A DNA stretch of 64,000 bases, taken from positions 589,009-653,008 of the forward strand of contig CAKPBC010000001.1 in the NCBI GenBank assembly GCA_934140155.1. Reading direction: 5' to 3'. A model generated the notes under the pieces. That model did not search any database, was not told the origin of the DNA, and was given only the letters and a program-made list of their open reading frames with translations. This stretch comes from an uncultured Bacilli bacterium. Lineage in GTDB: Bacteria; Bacillota_I; Bacilli_A; RFN20; CAG-826. Position 1 is the first letter of the stretch. Each line of letters begins with the position of its first letter. A program made the translations under genes and the position numbers. This document shows positions 33,316 to 42,377 of this stretch, one piece after another.

Positions 33316-33545
33316 AATTTTTAATAGAAGATAGGCAATAACTAATTAGAGATAAAAATATAAAGATTATAAATTAACTTAGTTGTATTGCAAATTAGTC
33401 GATGCATCTCTAAATATTGGAAATTTGTAATATTTAATGCTATATTAAGTATGGTTATTAAACTAGAGGATAAAATTAATATTGATAGTTAATTTTAAAT
33501 TTATTATCAACATATTTTATCCAAAAGCAAAGGAGACAAACGATT

Positions 33546-34100
33546 ATGAAAAAAGAAATTGAAACAAAATCCGCTATTTTCCCAATGCCAGTTCTAATGG
33601 TAGCGACATATAATGATGACGGAACTGTTGATGTTATGAATGCTGCTTGGGGTATGATGTTAGAAATGGACCAAATAGTATTAAATTTATCAGACTTCCA
33701 TAAAACTACTAAAAATATTTTAAAAAGAAAAGCTTTTACTGTTAGTGTCGCTGATGCAAAACACGTAAAAGAAGCGGATTATTTTGGTATTGCTTCTGGT
33801 AATGATATACCAAATAAATTAGAAAAAAGCAAAATGACATTTAGTAAATCTAATCATGTTGATGCACCAATTATTAATGAATTTCCAGTATGTATGGAAT
33901 GTGAATTTTTAGAAGAAACCAGCTGCGGAATCGTTGGTAGAGTACTTAATGTTACCGCTGATGAAGAAGTATTAACTAATGGTAATGTCGATATTAGCAA
34001 ACTAGACGCTATTGCATATGACCCATTCACTAATGGTTATTATGTTGTTAAAAAACGTGTTGGTAATGCTTTTAAAGATGGCTTAAGCATTAAAAAATAA
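33546..34100 (+). CDS. flavin reductase-like FMN-binding domain protein (flavoredoxin family)
   Basis: FPMPVLMVATYNDDGTVDVMNAAWG N-terminus is typical of the flavin reductase-like split-barrel family. Confidence 0.8.
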   Translation: MKKEIETKSAIFPMPVLMVATYNDDGTVDVMNAAWGMMLEMDQIVLNLSDFHKTTKNILKRKAFTVSVADAKHVKEADYFGIASGNDIPNKLEKSKMTFSKSNHVDAPIINEFPVCMECEFLEETSCGIVGRVLNVTADEEVLTNGNVDISKLDAIAYDPFTNGYYVVKKRVGNAFKDGLSIKK

Positions 34101-34103
34101 TGT

Positions 34104-34649
34104 ATGATTGAAGTAAAAAATCCAACAAATTCTAAACCGATTGCCTATAAAACCGAATTGGGAAAAGAAGTTTATGAAACATTAGAAAAACTTAATATAC
34201 CTTTTACGCGAGTTGAGACAAGTCCTGCGATTACTATGGAAGATTGCTTAGCAATTGATAAGGTATTAGGAGTAGAAGTTATTAAAACACTTTTTCTATG
34301 CAATCAACAAAAAACTAAATTTTATTTATTTGTTACAAAAAGCAATAAGAAATTTAATACAAAAGCATTTAGTTCGGCGCTTAATATAAGTAGAGTATCT
34401 TTTGGAAGCGAAGAATTACTGCATGAGTTATTAAAAGTAGTTATTGGTGCTTGTACTATGTTTAGTTGTTTAATTGATAAAGAAAACAAAGTAGATATAG
34501 TAATTGATGAAGATGTTATAAAAAATGAATATTATGGCTGTAATGATGGCACCACTACTTGCTATATGAAATTAAAAACAAGCGATGTGTTAGAAAAAAT
34601 ATTACCATTTTCTAATCATAAAGCGACAATAATTAGATTTAATTCTTAG
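34104..34649 (+). CDS. YbaK/ProX-type aminoacyl-tRNA editing (deacylase) domain protein
   Basis: IKTLFLCNQQKTKFYLFVTKSNKKFNTKAFSSALNISRVSFGSEELL matches the pattern of free-standing prolyl-tRNA-synthetase-associated editing domains. Confidence 0.7.
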   Translation: MIEVKNPTNSKPIAYKTELGKEVYETLEKLNIPFTRVETSPAITMEDCLAIDKVLGVEVIKTLFLCNQQKTKFYLFVTKSNKKFNTKAFSSALNISRVSFGSEELLHELLKVVIGACTMFSCLIDKENKVDIVIDEDVIKNEYYGCNDGTTTCYMKLKTSDVLEKILPFSNHKATIIRFNS

Positions 34650-34650
34650 T

Positions 34651-34700
34651 AAGAGTGATAAAGTGAATTAAATATTTTTTATTTATTCACTCTTTTTTTA
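34651..34700 (+). terminator. rho-independent terminator (two alternative stems)
   Basis: AAGAGTGA (34651-58) pairs with TCACTCTT (34887 style numbering: 34687-94), or AGTGAAT (34662-68) pairs with ATTCACT (34685-91). Followed by T7. Confidence 0.5.
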
Positions 34701-34806
34701 TTTTTGCTTTTAAAATATGTATTATAAATACATACAAAATTAAAAGAATATTTATAACTTGAATAATTTTTCAATAAATGTAGAATAAAATAAACGAGGT
34801 GTGAGT

Positions 34807-35520
34807 ATGTATCAAATTTGTATCGTTGATGATGAAATTAAAGAAATTAAATCACTTAAAGATTCCATCTTTAGTTTCTTTAAAACTAAATCATTAACTG
34901 TAAATGTTGATAAGTACGACAATCCAGTTTCTTTCTTAAATAATTTTGAAAAAAGCAAATATGATTTAATATTGCTTGATATTAGTATGCCACAAAAAAA
35001 TGGTATTGATGTTGCGCGTCTTATTAGAGAAAAAGATGATATGGTTAAAATAATTTTTACTACATCTTTAATTCAATATGCCATTAAAGGATATGAAGTA
35101 AATGCTTTTGATTATTTACTTAAACCAATATCATATTCATCTTTTTGCCTTACCATGGAAAGATTAATGAAGTTTATAAGTAATGATGAATTTATTATTA
35201 TTTCTAAAAATAAAAATACAACAATTAAAATCCCTATTATGAATATTAAATACATTGAAGTAATTGATCACAAAGTTATATTTCATACAACAGGAGAAAC
35301 ATATTCTTTGCGTGACACATTAGATAATTATATTGAAAAATTAAAAGATCATTATTTTTCATTATGTAATCGTTGCTATTTAGTTAATTTATATTATGTT
35401 ACTAAAATAGAAGAAGGTGCAGCTTATATAGGTGATGTAGTATTAAATATATCACGCGCTAAAAAGAAACAATTTGTTAATGACTTAAATAATTATTTAT
35501 CACTAGGTGGTGGTGTTTAA
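34807..35520 (+). CDS. LytTR-family response regulator (AgrA/ComE/VirR class)
   Basis: Receiver domain (ICIVDDE ... DLILLDISMP ... K at LLKP) plus C-terminal LytTR DNA-binding domain (IKYIEVIDHKVIFHT...FSLCNRCYLVNLYYV). ATG at 34807 after GAGGTG. Confidence 0.88.
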   Translation: MYQICIVDDEIKEIKSLKDSIFSFFKTKSLTVNVDKYDNPVSFLNNFEKSKYDLILLDISMPQKNGIDVARLIREKDDMVKIIFTTSLIQYAIKGYEVNAFDYLLKPISYSSFCLTMERLMKFISNDEFIIISKNKNTTIKIPIMNIKYIEVIDHKVIFHTTGETYSLRDTLDNYIEKLKDHYFSLCNRCYLVNLYYVTKIEEGAAYIGDVVLNISRAKKKQFVNDLNNYLSLGGGV

Positions 35521-35521
35521 C

Positions 35522-36874
35522 ATGGAATTATCACAATTAGCCCTTTATAAAATGGTTTTTGCTCTTGAAATTATTGTGGCAATGCTAATGTTTTCATATA
35601 GATTAAAGAAGCGTAATCATTTTGTTGTTAGATTAATTTTATCTATTGCTATAATTCTAGTTATTTCTTTTTTCTTTCCGTTATTTAAAAACATATCATA
35701 TACTTGGTGGTATACATCTTTAATGTTTTTAATATTATTTTTTATATGTGTAGGAATGTTATTTTTCATTTACGATGCTTCATGGCAAAGAATATTTTTT
35801 ATAGCGATTTCTTCTTATACTTTACAAACTCTTGCTCATAATGTTTTTGCCTTCATCTGTCATATTTCTGGATTGTATACTTCAAATTCAGTGGGCATAT
35901 ATGGTGAAACACTAGTGGATTTTTATAATAATGCCATTAATTTTATTTTATTTGCTTCTGTTTATTTAACGTGTTATTCCTTTATTTACGCTTTTGGCTA
36001 TCATTTTTTACGTAAGAAAATGTATGCGACAGATATTAAATTTAGTATTATTGTGATATTTGCCATGTCGGGTTTGATTTTATTTTCCGATATTTTGTTA
36101 AATGCAATATTTGTTTATTCTAATGGCGATTATAATCGTATTCACTCAATAGTTGTATCTTTATGTAATGTGATTTTATGTATTATGATTTTTTGCATTC
36201 AAACTTCATTTATTGATATTAGACATTTAAGAAAAGAATTATTAATTACTCAGCAATTACTTCATAAAGCTGATGAACAATACACTATTACAAAACAAAA
36301 TATTGATCTTATTAATATTAAATGTCATGATTTAAGGCATCAAATTCGCGAATTTGGTTCAAAAGAAAATGTTGATAAGAACACATTAAATGAATTAGAA
36401 AATATTGTATCTATTTATGATTCAACATTAAAAACAGGTAATGAAGCACTTGATTTAATTTTAACGGAAAAGAGTTTGCTTTGTACTAAAAATCATATTC
36501 AAATGAAGTATTTTGGTGATTGTTCTAGTTTAAACTTTGTTGATAAATCAGATTTATTTTCTTTATTTGGAAATGCTATTGATAACGCAATTGAAGCAGT
36601 TAATAAAACAGATAACAAAGATTTAAGAACAATTAATCTAATTGTTCGTCCTATTCATAGTTTAGTTTCCATTCGTGTGGAAAACTATTTTAGTGGAGAA
36701 ATTAAACTTGATAATGCGGGATTACCGATAACTACGAAAAAAGACAAAGATTATCATGGCTATGGTATAAAATCAATTATGTACATTTCTAAAAAATATA
36801 ATGGTGATGTTAGAATTAATGTTGATAATGAAAATCATATCTTTTCTTTGTCAATATTGTTGCCTTTAAACTAA
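35522..36874 (+). CDS. AgrC-like (HPK10-type) membrane sensor histidine kinase
   Basis: About 6-7 N-terminal TM spans, H-box IKCHDLRHQIRE, N-box LFGNAIDNAIEA, G-box DYHGYGIKSI. ATG lies 1 nt after the regulator stop. Confidence 0.8.
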   Translation: MELSQLALYKMVFALEIIVAMLMFSYRLKKRNHFVVRLILSIAIILVISFFFPLFKNISYTWWYTSLMFLILFFICVGMLFFIYDASWQRIFFIAISSYTLQTLAHNVFAFICHISGLYTSNSVGIYGETLVDFYNNAINFILFASVYLTCYSFIYAFGYHFLRKKMYATDIKFSIIVIFAMSGLILFSDILLNAIFVYSNGDYNRIHSIVVSLCNVILCIMIFCIQTSFIDIRHLRKELLITQQLLHKADEQYTITKQNIDLINIKCHDLRHQIREFGSKENVDKNTLNELENIVSIYDSTLKTGNEALDLILTEKSLLCTKNHIQMKYFGDCSSLNFVDKSDLFSLFGNAIDNAIEAVNKTDNKDLRTINLIVRPIHSLVSIRVENYFSGEIKLDNAGLPITTKKDKDYHGYGIKSIMYISKKYNGDVRINVDNENHIFSLSILLPLN

Positions 36875-36943
36875 TACTGAATACGGCAAGCAAATTACTG
36901 AATACGGCTATAAATCTCTAATGAAAGCGTTTTAATGTATAAT
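36875..36943 (+). promoter_or_regulatory. two perfect 13-bp direct repeats (TACTGAATACGGC, 21-bp period) plus extended -10: a putative LytTR-activated promoter
   Basis: Repeats at 36875-36887 and 36896-36908 (8-bp spacer). TGTATAAT at 36936-36943. No good -35, which is typical of activator-dependent promoters. Confidence 0.6.
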
Positions 36944-36972
36944 TAAATTGCTAAAAGGAGGTTTCTTTTATT

Positions 36973-37110
36973 ATGGAAACAAAGAAAAAGTACATAACTC
37001 CAAACTATTTGGAAGTTGATGTCGTTTTAGAAGATATTACGTGTGCCTCAGGAGATTTTGATGTAAAAGATAATAATGATCTCTTAGATAATGGCTATGT
37101 AGAGTTATAA
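36973..37110 (+). CDS. unannotated 45-aa ORF (candidate secreted/signalling or leader peptide)
   Basis: METKKKYITPNYLEVDVVLEDITCASGDFDVKDNNDLLDNGYVEL. Strong AAAAGGAGG RBS about 10 nt upstream. Below the ORF-track cutoff. Sits between the LytTR boxes and the first surface-protein gene. Confidence 0.45.
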   Translation: METKKKYITPNYLEVDVVLEDITCASGDFDVKDNNDLLDNGYVEL

Positions 37111-37124
37111 GGAGGTAAACATAT

Positions 37125-39194
37125 ATGAAAAAGAATGCAATTTTAGTATTTGTTTTACCGTTATTAATGTCAATGATGATGGGAGAAGCTAAAAAAGAAG
37201 TCCATAAAGATAATTTTGATTCTCTTACTTGCAAGGCAGAAGACTATCAAAGTAATGAAAAAATATTCTTAAAAAATATTAAATTAGGAGATTCTGATAG
37301 TTATAAATATTCTAAAGTTTATACTCAACTAGGTTATGATGGTTCAAATTATTTTTTAAGATTTGCTATGGCTGTTTCAGGAAATATTAATAGCATTTCT
37401 TATTCGTTAGATATTAATAACGAAAACTATGAATTAGGAAATAAAAATGTATCAACGTTATACCGTTCGATAAGTGCAAATGGAAAAAATTATTATTATT
37501 CGGAAAATTTAAATTCTATTACGGAAGATAAAAATGAATCATCAAGTGATTATTTGTGGTCTTGTTACACTATCAAATTTAAAGATGACCATCATCTATA
37601 TTCATCTTTATCACTTATTCCATCAATTAATGGGGAAATACTAGATAATAAAGTCACTAGTTTACAAGACGAAATAAATGGTAGCTATACTTATACTTTT
37701 GGTAATCTAGACTTAGCTAATGTAGGATTAGAAAGTGATAATTATTCTTATAATCAAACTATGAACATTGCCGGTTCATTAGATAATTCTAATACAAATT
37801 ATGAATCAGTTTATGCGCATAATTTTATATTAAGTGATAGTGAAGGCTATTTAAACGCTAATCCATTTAGTGAAAGAAATAAAGCAACTGAGTTTAATGC
37901 CAAAAATGCTGGAGGACAAAATCTTCCAAAGGCAGTTGCTAAATCTATAGGTAGTAATTATTTACATTACTTATATAATGGCGCAGGAGCAACATCAACA
38001 TTTACTAGTGAAGATACTTTTGCTGGTAAATTAGTTATTCGTGCTGCGACAGGTTATTTAACAAATAACTCTAATGGCTTTACTACTGGAGACATGCAAT
38101 TTAATAAAGTATTTGATGTTTTAGTTAACGGATATAAAGTAGAAGTTAGTGATGATATTATATTACCTGGTAAAGCAGGAGATTATGGCGATGCAATGGG
38201 AAACTTTGTTAATATTCCATTAGATGCTTTCTTTATTAAAGGTGATAATAAAATTGAAATTATTTCTAAAAAACCTTTAAAAGAAGATGGTACCCTTCTT
38301 TATAAAGATCCAGGCACCAATGGAACACAATCAAGTCCTTCATTAGATAGTGTGGAAGTTTATAAATATAAAGTTTGTGCAAATGATGTTGAAACTAAAA
38401 TAGTTGAACAAAAGTGTTTAGAAAATGGTAAAGAAACTCTTACTTTTAAAGATTATGGTAAAGTAATGAACAAAGTATTACCAATGTATGGAAGCCACGT
38501 TATTACAGGTACAAAAGTAAGCGAAAGCTCTGATTGCTTAGAGTTAAGCAATGTACATTGTGAAAGATGTAATGAGGTATTAAACGAACATATAACTACA
38601 TCTAACTATGTTGATATTACTAGTGATAATCTAGGTGGAACAAATGGTACTTATAACGGAAAAGACATTCGACCAGTAACAATGGTTGATAATAGTGCTT
38701 CTAGTGTAAATGTCAAAGCACTTGCTAATACCGCTCTTAATGGAAATTTAGCTAGACAATTCTATGGCGGAACATATGCAGAAGTTAAAGTAAATGTTGA
38801 AACTTCTTTTGTAGGAAGCATTGTTATTAAAGCCGCAAGCGGATATAACTATCTTGTAAACGATAGTTTTACAATATGGGGTACTGGTGATATGCAATTT
38901 AATCAAGTATTTGCTCTAACAGTTAATGAAAACGCGATTAGTATTGATGATGGAGCAACATTAAAAGGTAATGATAATGAAGGTAAAGGATTCACTAATA
39001 AAAGTAACGGAGAAGGTTATGCTTTAGCAATGGGCAACTGGATGTACATTATTATTGATAATGTTTCATTTATAAGCGGAGAAAATGTTATTAGATTAAC
39101 TTCATTAAGACATAACTATAAAGATAAGCCTGGCGATATGTCCACTGCGTCTTTAGATACTATTGGTATTTTTAATGAAACGTTTACAAAATAG
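37125..39194 (+). CDS. secreted protein with two CBM6/CBM35-like carbohydrate-binding-type modules
   Basis: Signal peptide MKKNAILVFVLPLLMSMMMGEA. Two modules (about 37940-38368 and 38709-39175) with the pattern IKAA(T/S)GY...GDMQFN(K/Q)VF...AMGN(F/W)...G(D/E)N.I...SLD(S/T). AAGGAGG RBS. Confidence 0.7.
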   Translation: MKKNAILVFVLPLLMSMMMGEAKKEVHKDNFDSLTCKAEDYQSNEKIFLKNIKLGDSDSYKYSKVYTQLGYDGSNYFLRFAMAVSGNINSISYSLDINNENYELGNKNVSTLYRSISANGKNYYYSENLNSITEDKNESSSDYLWSCYTIKFKDDHHLYSSLSLIPSINGEILDNKVTSLQDEINGSYTYTFGNLDLANVGLESDNYSYNQTMNIAGSLDNSNTNYESVYAHNFILSDSEGYLNANPFSERNKATEFNAKNAGGQNLPKAVAKSIGSNYLHYLYNGAGATSTFTSEDTFAGKLVIRAATGYLTNNSNGFTTGDMQFNKVFDVLVNGYKVEVSDDIILPGKAGDYGDAMGNFVNIPLDAFFIKGDNKIEIISKKPLKEDGTLLYKDPGTNGTQSSPSLDSVEVYKYKVCANDVETKIVEQKCLENGKETLTFKDYGKVMNKVLPMYGSHVITGTKVSESSDCLELSNVHCERCNEVLNEHITTSNYVDITSDNLGGTNGTYNGKDIRPVTMVDNSASSVNVKALANTALNGNLARQFYGGTYAEVKVNVETSFVGSIVIKAASGYNYLVNDSFTIWGTGDMQFNQVFALTVNENAISIDDGATLKGNDNEGKGFTNKSNGEGYALAMGNWMYIIIDNVSFISGENVIRLTSLRHNYKDKPGDMSTASLDTIGIFNETFTK

Positions 39195-39203
39195 GAGTAG
39201 TTT

Positions 39204-42200
39204 ATGAAATTAAAAACAAAGAAAAAAATATGTGTGGGCATTGATATATTTGTCGCCTTGCTTTTAGTGGGCGCAAATACGACATGCGGAGTTTTAAATG
39301 AATTAATTACAGGATATTTATGCGGATCAAAAGTAGATTATTCTAGTGACGAAACTCAAGAGGCTTTACAAGTATCCGATGCTTTGTGTCGAGAAATAAC
39401 AGAAGAAGGTATTGTATTATTACAAAATAAAGACGACCTATTACCTTTATCTAAATCCGAATTAGCCACTGTTAATGTATTTGGTTGGGGCGCCACTGAC
39501 GCTGGTTGGGTTATTGGCGGAAGTGGTTCCGCAGCGGGTAATAATGGCGCAATTCAAAGAAATGCTACTTTCTTTTTATCAGCACTAGAGTCAGCAGGTA
39601 TGGAATATAACAAAGAAATAATTGATATGTATACTAAGTTTTCTACTAAAGGATATGGAAAATCGCTTAACTTATCTTCTAGTGAATTCTTTACTATTCG
39701 TGAACCAGATATGAGTTATTATTCAAGTGAAATGATTAATAATGCTAAAGACTTTTCTGATGTTGCTTTAGTGGTATTCTCACGTCAAGGTGGAGAAGGA
39801 CAAGATGTACCGACTGTTCAATATAAATCAAAAGATAGTAAAAGTTTATTTAATCCAGTGCGTGATGATTCAAGAACTTATTTAGAAATAACTAAAGAAG
39901 AAGACGAATTGTTAAATATGGTAACAACTAATTTTGATAAAGTTATTGTCATTGTTAACTGCGCTAATGCAATGAAATTAGATTTTTTAGATCGTTATGA
40001 AAATATTGATGCTTGTTTATATATGGCTGGTACTGGTCAATCCGGAACTCATGCTATTCCTCGTGTTTTAAGAGGAAAAGTTACTCCAAGTGGAAAATTA
40101 ACTAATACATCACCATATGATTTTGCTTTAGACCCAACATACGCTAATTATACTGGTAGTAATAAGAGTATTACCTATGCTGAAAATATCTATTTAGGAT
40201 ATAAGTGGTTTGAAACTGCTGATAAAGAAAACTATTTTAAAGACTTATCAGTTACTTATGACGTTTTAGAAGAAAATGGCAATACGCATCAAGAAACTAA
40301 AAAAGGCTACGATGCTGCAGTTAAATTTCCTTTTGGCTTTGGTTTATCTTATACAGAATTCGAATGGGAAATTGAATCATTTACTTCAACAAGTGAATAT
40401 ATAACTAAAGATACAGAATTTACTTATGAAGTAACAGTTACCAATGTAGGTGATCGTAAAGGTAAAGATGTTGTGGAATTATATGTCACACCACCATATA
40501 CCAAAGGCGGAATTGAAAAAGCCGAAGTAAACTTAGTTGATTTTGCCAAAACTAGTTTATTAAGACCAGGCGATAGTGAAACTTTAACATTATCATTTAA
40601 ACCATATGATTTTGCATCTTATGATTGCTATGATATGAATAAAAATGGTTTTAAAGGTTATGAAGTAGAAAAAGGTGAGTATGTTGTTACTTTTAGAAGT
40701 GATGCACATACTATTAAAGAAATTCCTAACTCAACTTTAAAATATATTGCTAATGAAACAATTCAATTTGAAAATGATCCTGTTAGTGGCACAAAAGTAG
40801 AAAATTTATTTACTGGTGAAAATGCATATGCTGGTTGTGCCATTGATGGAAGTGACTTTGAAGGAGAAAAGCCAACATATTTAACACGTGCAGATTTTGC
40901 TAATACTTTTCCAAAAGTAACAGCTAAAAACGTTAGTAGTGGAGCAAAGGTTAGCGCTGCTAGTAACTATGTAGCACAAGTCGAAGAAGTTACAACTATG
41001 CCTAAAACTGGTGATGGAAAAGCTGGTAAATATTTGTTATACACTCATGAAGATGGTAGTGCTGCTAGTGAAGAAGAACTAAAGATGAATAAAAATATCG
41101 TAGTTAATAAAGAATTAGTTATGGAATTAGGTGCAAATTACGATAACGCTAAATGGGATGAATTATTAGATCAATTAAGTGTCTCAGAAATGGAAAACAT
41201 GATTCAATTAGGTGGATATCGTACATATCACGCCACATCTGTTGGTAAAAAATACATGATTGATAATGATGGATCTAATGGTTTAAATCGTTCGATTCAA
41301 GAAAATAATACTAGTGATCCAGCTCATGATATTGACCGTAGTGGATGGACTTATTTCCCATCTGATACGACAAGAGGTTGTACATGGAATAGTATAATCG
41401 AATATTCATTTGGTTTAGCACTTGCTGCTGAAGCAAAAAATACGGGTGTTGATGGTTGGTATGCGCCAACTTGTAATATGCCAAGAAACCCATTTGCAGG
41501 AAGAAATAGTGAATATATTTCTGAAGACCCATTGTTCTCTGGCAAATCAGTTGCGGAAGTAACAAGAGGTTGTATTGCCAATGGCGTTTATCCATATGTA
41601 AAACATTTTGCTGTTAATGATTCCGAAGCAGTAAGAAGTGAAAAATACACTTGGTTAACTGAACAATCATTACGTGAAATATATTTAAAGCCATTTGAAT
41701 ATGCTGTTAAAGTTGGAAAAGCAACTGGTATTATGACTTCATTTAATCGTGTTGGTGCAGTTTGGGCTGGTGGAAACTATGCTTTAACTACTCAAATCCT
41801 TCGTAATGAATGGGGATTTAGAGGTGCGACTGTTACAGATTATTATGCTGGAAGTGGCTATATGAAAATGAAACAAGGTGTTTATGCAGGACAAGATATA
41901 TTCTTAACTGGTATGGGAACAAAAGGCGAAACATTTGGTGGTAATAGTTCTAATCCAACATTTATTTCTCAAGCGCGAAAAGCGTGTAAAAACATTATGT
42001 TCAGTTTCTGTAATACTTATTATCAATCCGCTACTCATGATAGTTCTAATGATATTATTAAAACTAATATTGATAAGATTTCTGTTGTAGAAGCTGTATT
42101 CCCGTGGTGGATTCCACTTTTAGTAGGTATTGATTTAGTAGTTGTTGGTGGCTTAGGTGCTTGGACATTCTTCTTAATGAAAAAGAAACAATTAGTGGAA

Positions 42201-42377
42201 GAAGAAATTGTAGAAGAAAGTCATGAAAAGAAAAAATTTATTTCTAAAAAGAAATTAAGAGAAGAAATAGATAATTTATTACAAACTAATCAAGAATTAG
42301 AATTACAAATAAAATTATTGCAAGATAAATTAACTAAGTATGAAAGTAAATCTTCTAAATCTAAGGGGGAAAAATAA
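39204..42377 (+). CDS. glycoside hydrolase family 3 enzyme with permuted domain order, N- and C-terminal TM segments and a coiled-coil tail
   Basis: GH3 alpha/beta-sandwich domain first (LLQNKDDLLPL, VVFSRQGGEGQD), then Fn3-like (PFGFGLSYTEFEW...VTVTNVGDRKGKDVVELYV), then the catalytic barrel (KHFAVNDSE, SFNRVG, WGFRGATVTDY). TM near aa 8-28 and near aa 975-1000. K/E-rich heptad-like tail. Confidence 0.85.
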   Translation: MKLKTKKKICVGIDIFVALLLVGANTTCGVLNELITGYLCGSKVDYSSDETQEALQVSDALCREITEEGIVLLQNKDDLLPLSKSELATVNVFGWGATDAGWVIGGSGSAAGNNGAIQRNATFFLSALESAGMEYNKEIIDMYTKFSTKGYGKSLNLSSSEFFTIREPDMSYYSSEMINNAKDFSDVALVVFSRQGGEGQDVPTVQYKSKDSKSLFNPVRDDSRTYLEITKEEDELLNMVTTNFDKVIVIVNCANAMKLDFLDRYENIDACLYMAGTGQSGTHAIPRVLRGKVTPSGKLTNTSPYDFALDPTYANYTGSNKSITYAENIYLGYKWFETADKENYFKDLSVTYDVLEENGNTHQETKKGYDAAVKFPFGFGLSYTEFEWEIESFTSTSEYITKDTEFTYEVTVTNVGDRKGKDVVELYVTPPYTKGGIEKAEVNLVDFAKTSLLRPGDSETLTLSFKPYDFASYDCYDMNKNGFKGYEVEKGEYVVTFRSDAHTIKEIPNSTLKYIANETIQFENDPVSGTKVENLFTGENAYAGCAIDGSDFEGEKPTYLTRADFANTFPKVTAKNVSSGAKVSAASNYVAQVEEVTTMPKTGDGKAGKYLLYTHEDGSAASEEELKMNKNIVVNKELVMELGANYDNAKWDELLDQLSVSEMENMIQLGGYRTYHATSVGKKYMIDNDGSNGLNRSIQENNTSDPAHDIDRSGWTYFPSDTTRGCTWNSIIEYSFGLALAAEAKNTGVDGWYAPTCNMPRNPFAGRNSEYISEDPLFSGKSVAEVTRGCIANGVYPYVKHFAVNDSEAVRSEKYTWLTEQSLREIYLKPFEYAVKVGKATGIMTSFNRVGAVWAGGNYALTTQILRNEWGFRGATVTDYYAGSGYMKMKQGVYAGQDIFLTGMGTKGETFGGNSSNPTFISQARKACKNIMFSFCNTYYQSATHDSSNDIIKTNIDKISVVEAVFPWWIPLLVGIDLVVVGGLGAWTFFLMKKKQLVEEEIVEESHEKKKFISKKKLREEIDNLLQTNQELELQIKLLQDKLTKYESKSSKSKGEK

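Noticed and set aside
36973-37110. Calling the 45-aa ORF an AgrD autoinducing-peptide precursor.
   Set aside because: No AgrB homolog is nearby, there is no amphipathic N-terminal leader, and the residues around the single Cys do not match the AgrD pattern. It is reported only as an unclassified candidate peptide.
41311-41595. Two overlapping minus-strand ORFs (94 and 76 aa) inside the GH3 gene. Also 43092-43280, 45156-45347, 45809-46051, 48092-48400, 49013-49216 and 49838-50182.
   Set aside because: All lie antisense or out of frame within well-supported longer CDSs, with no RBS and no recognisable motifs.
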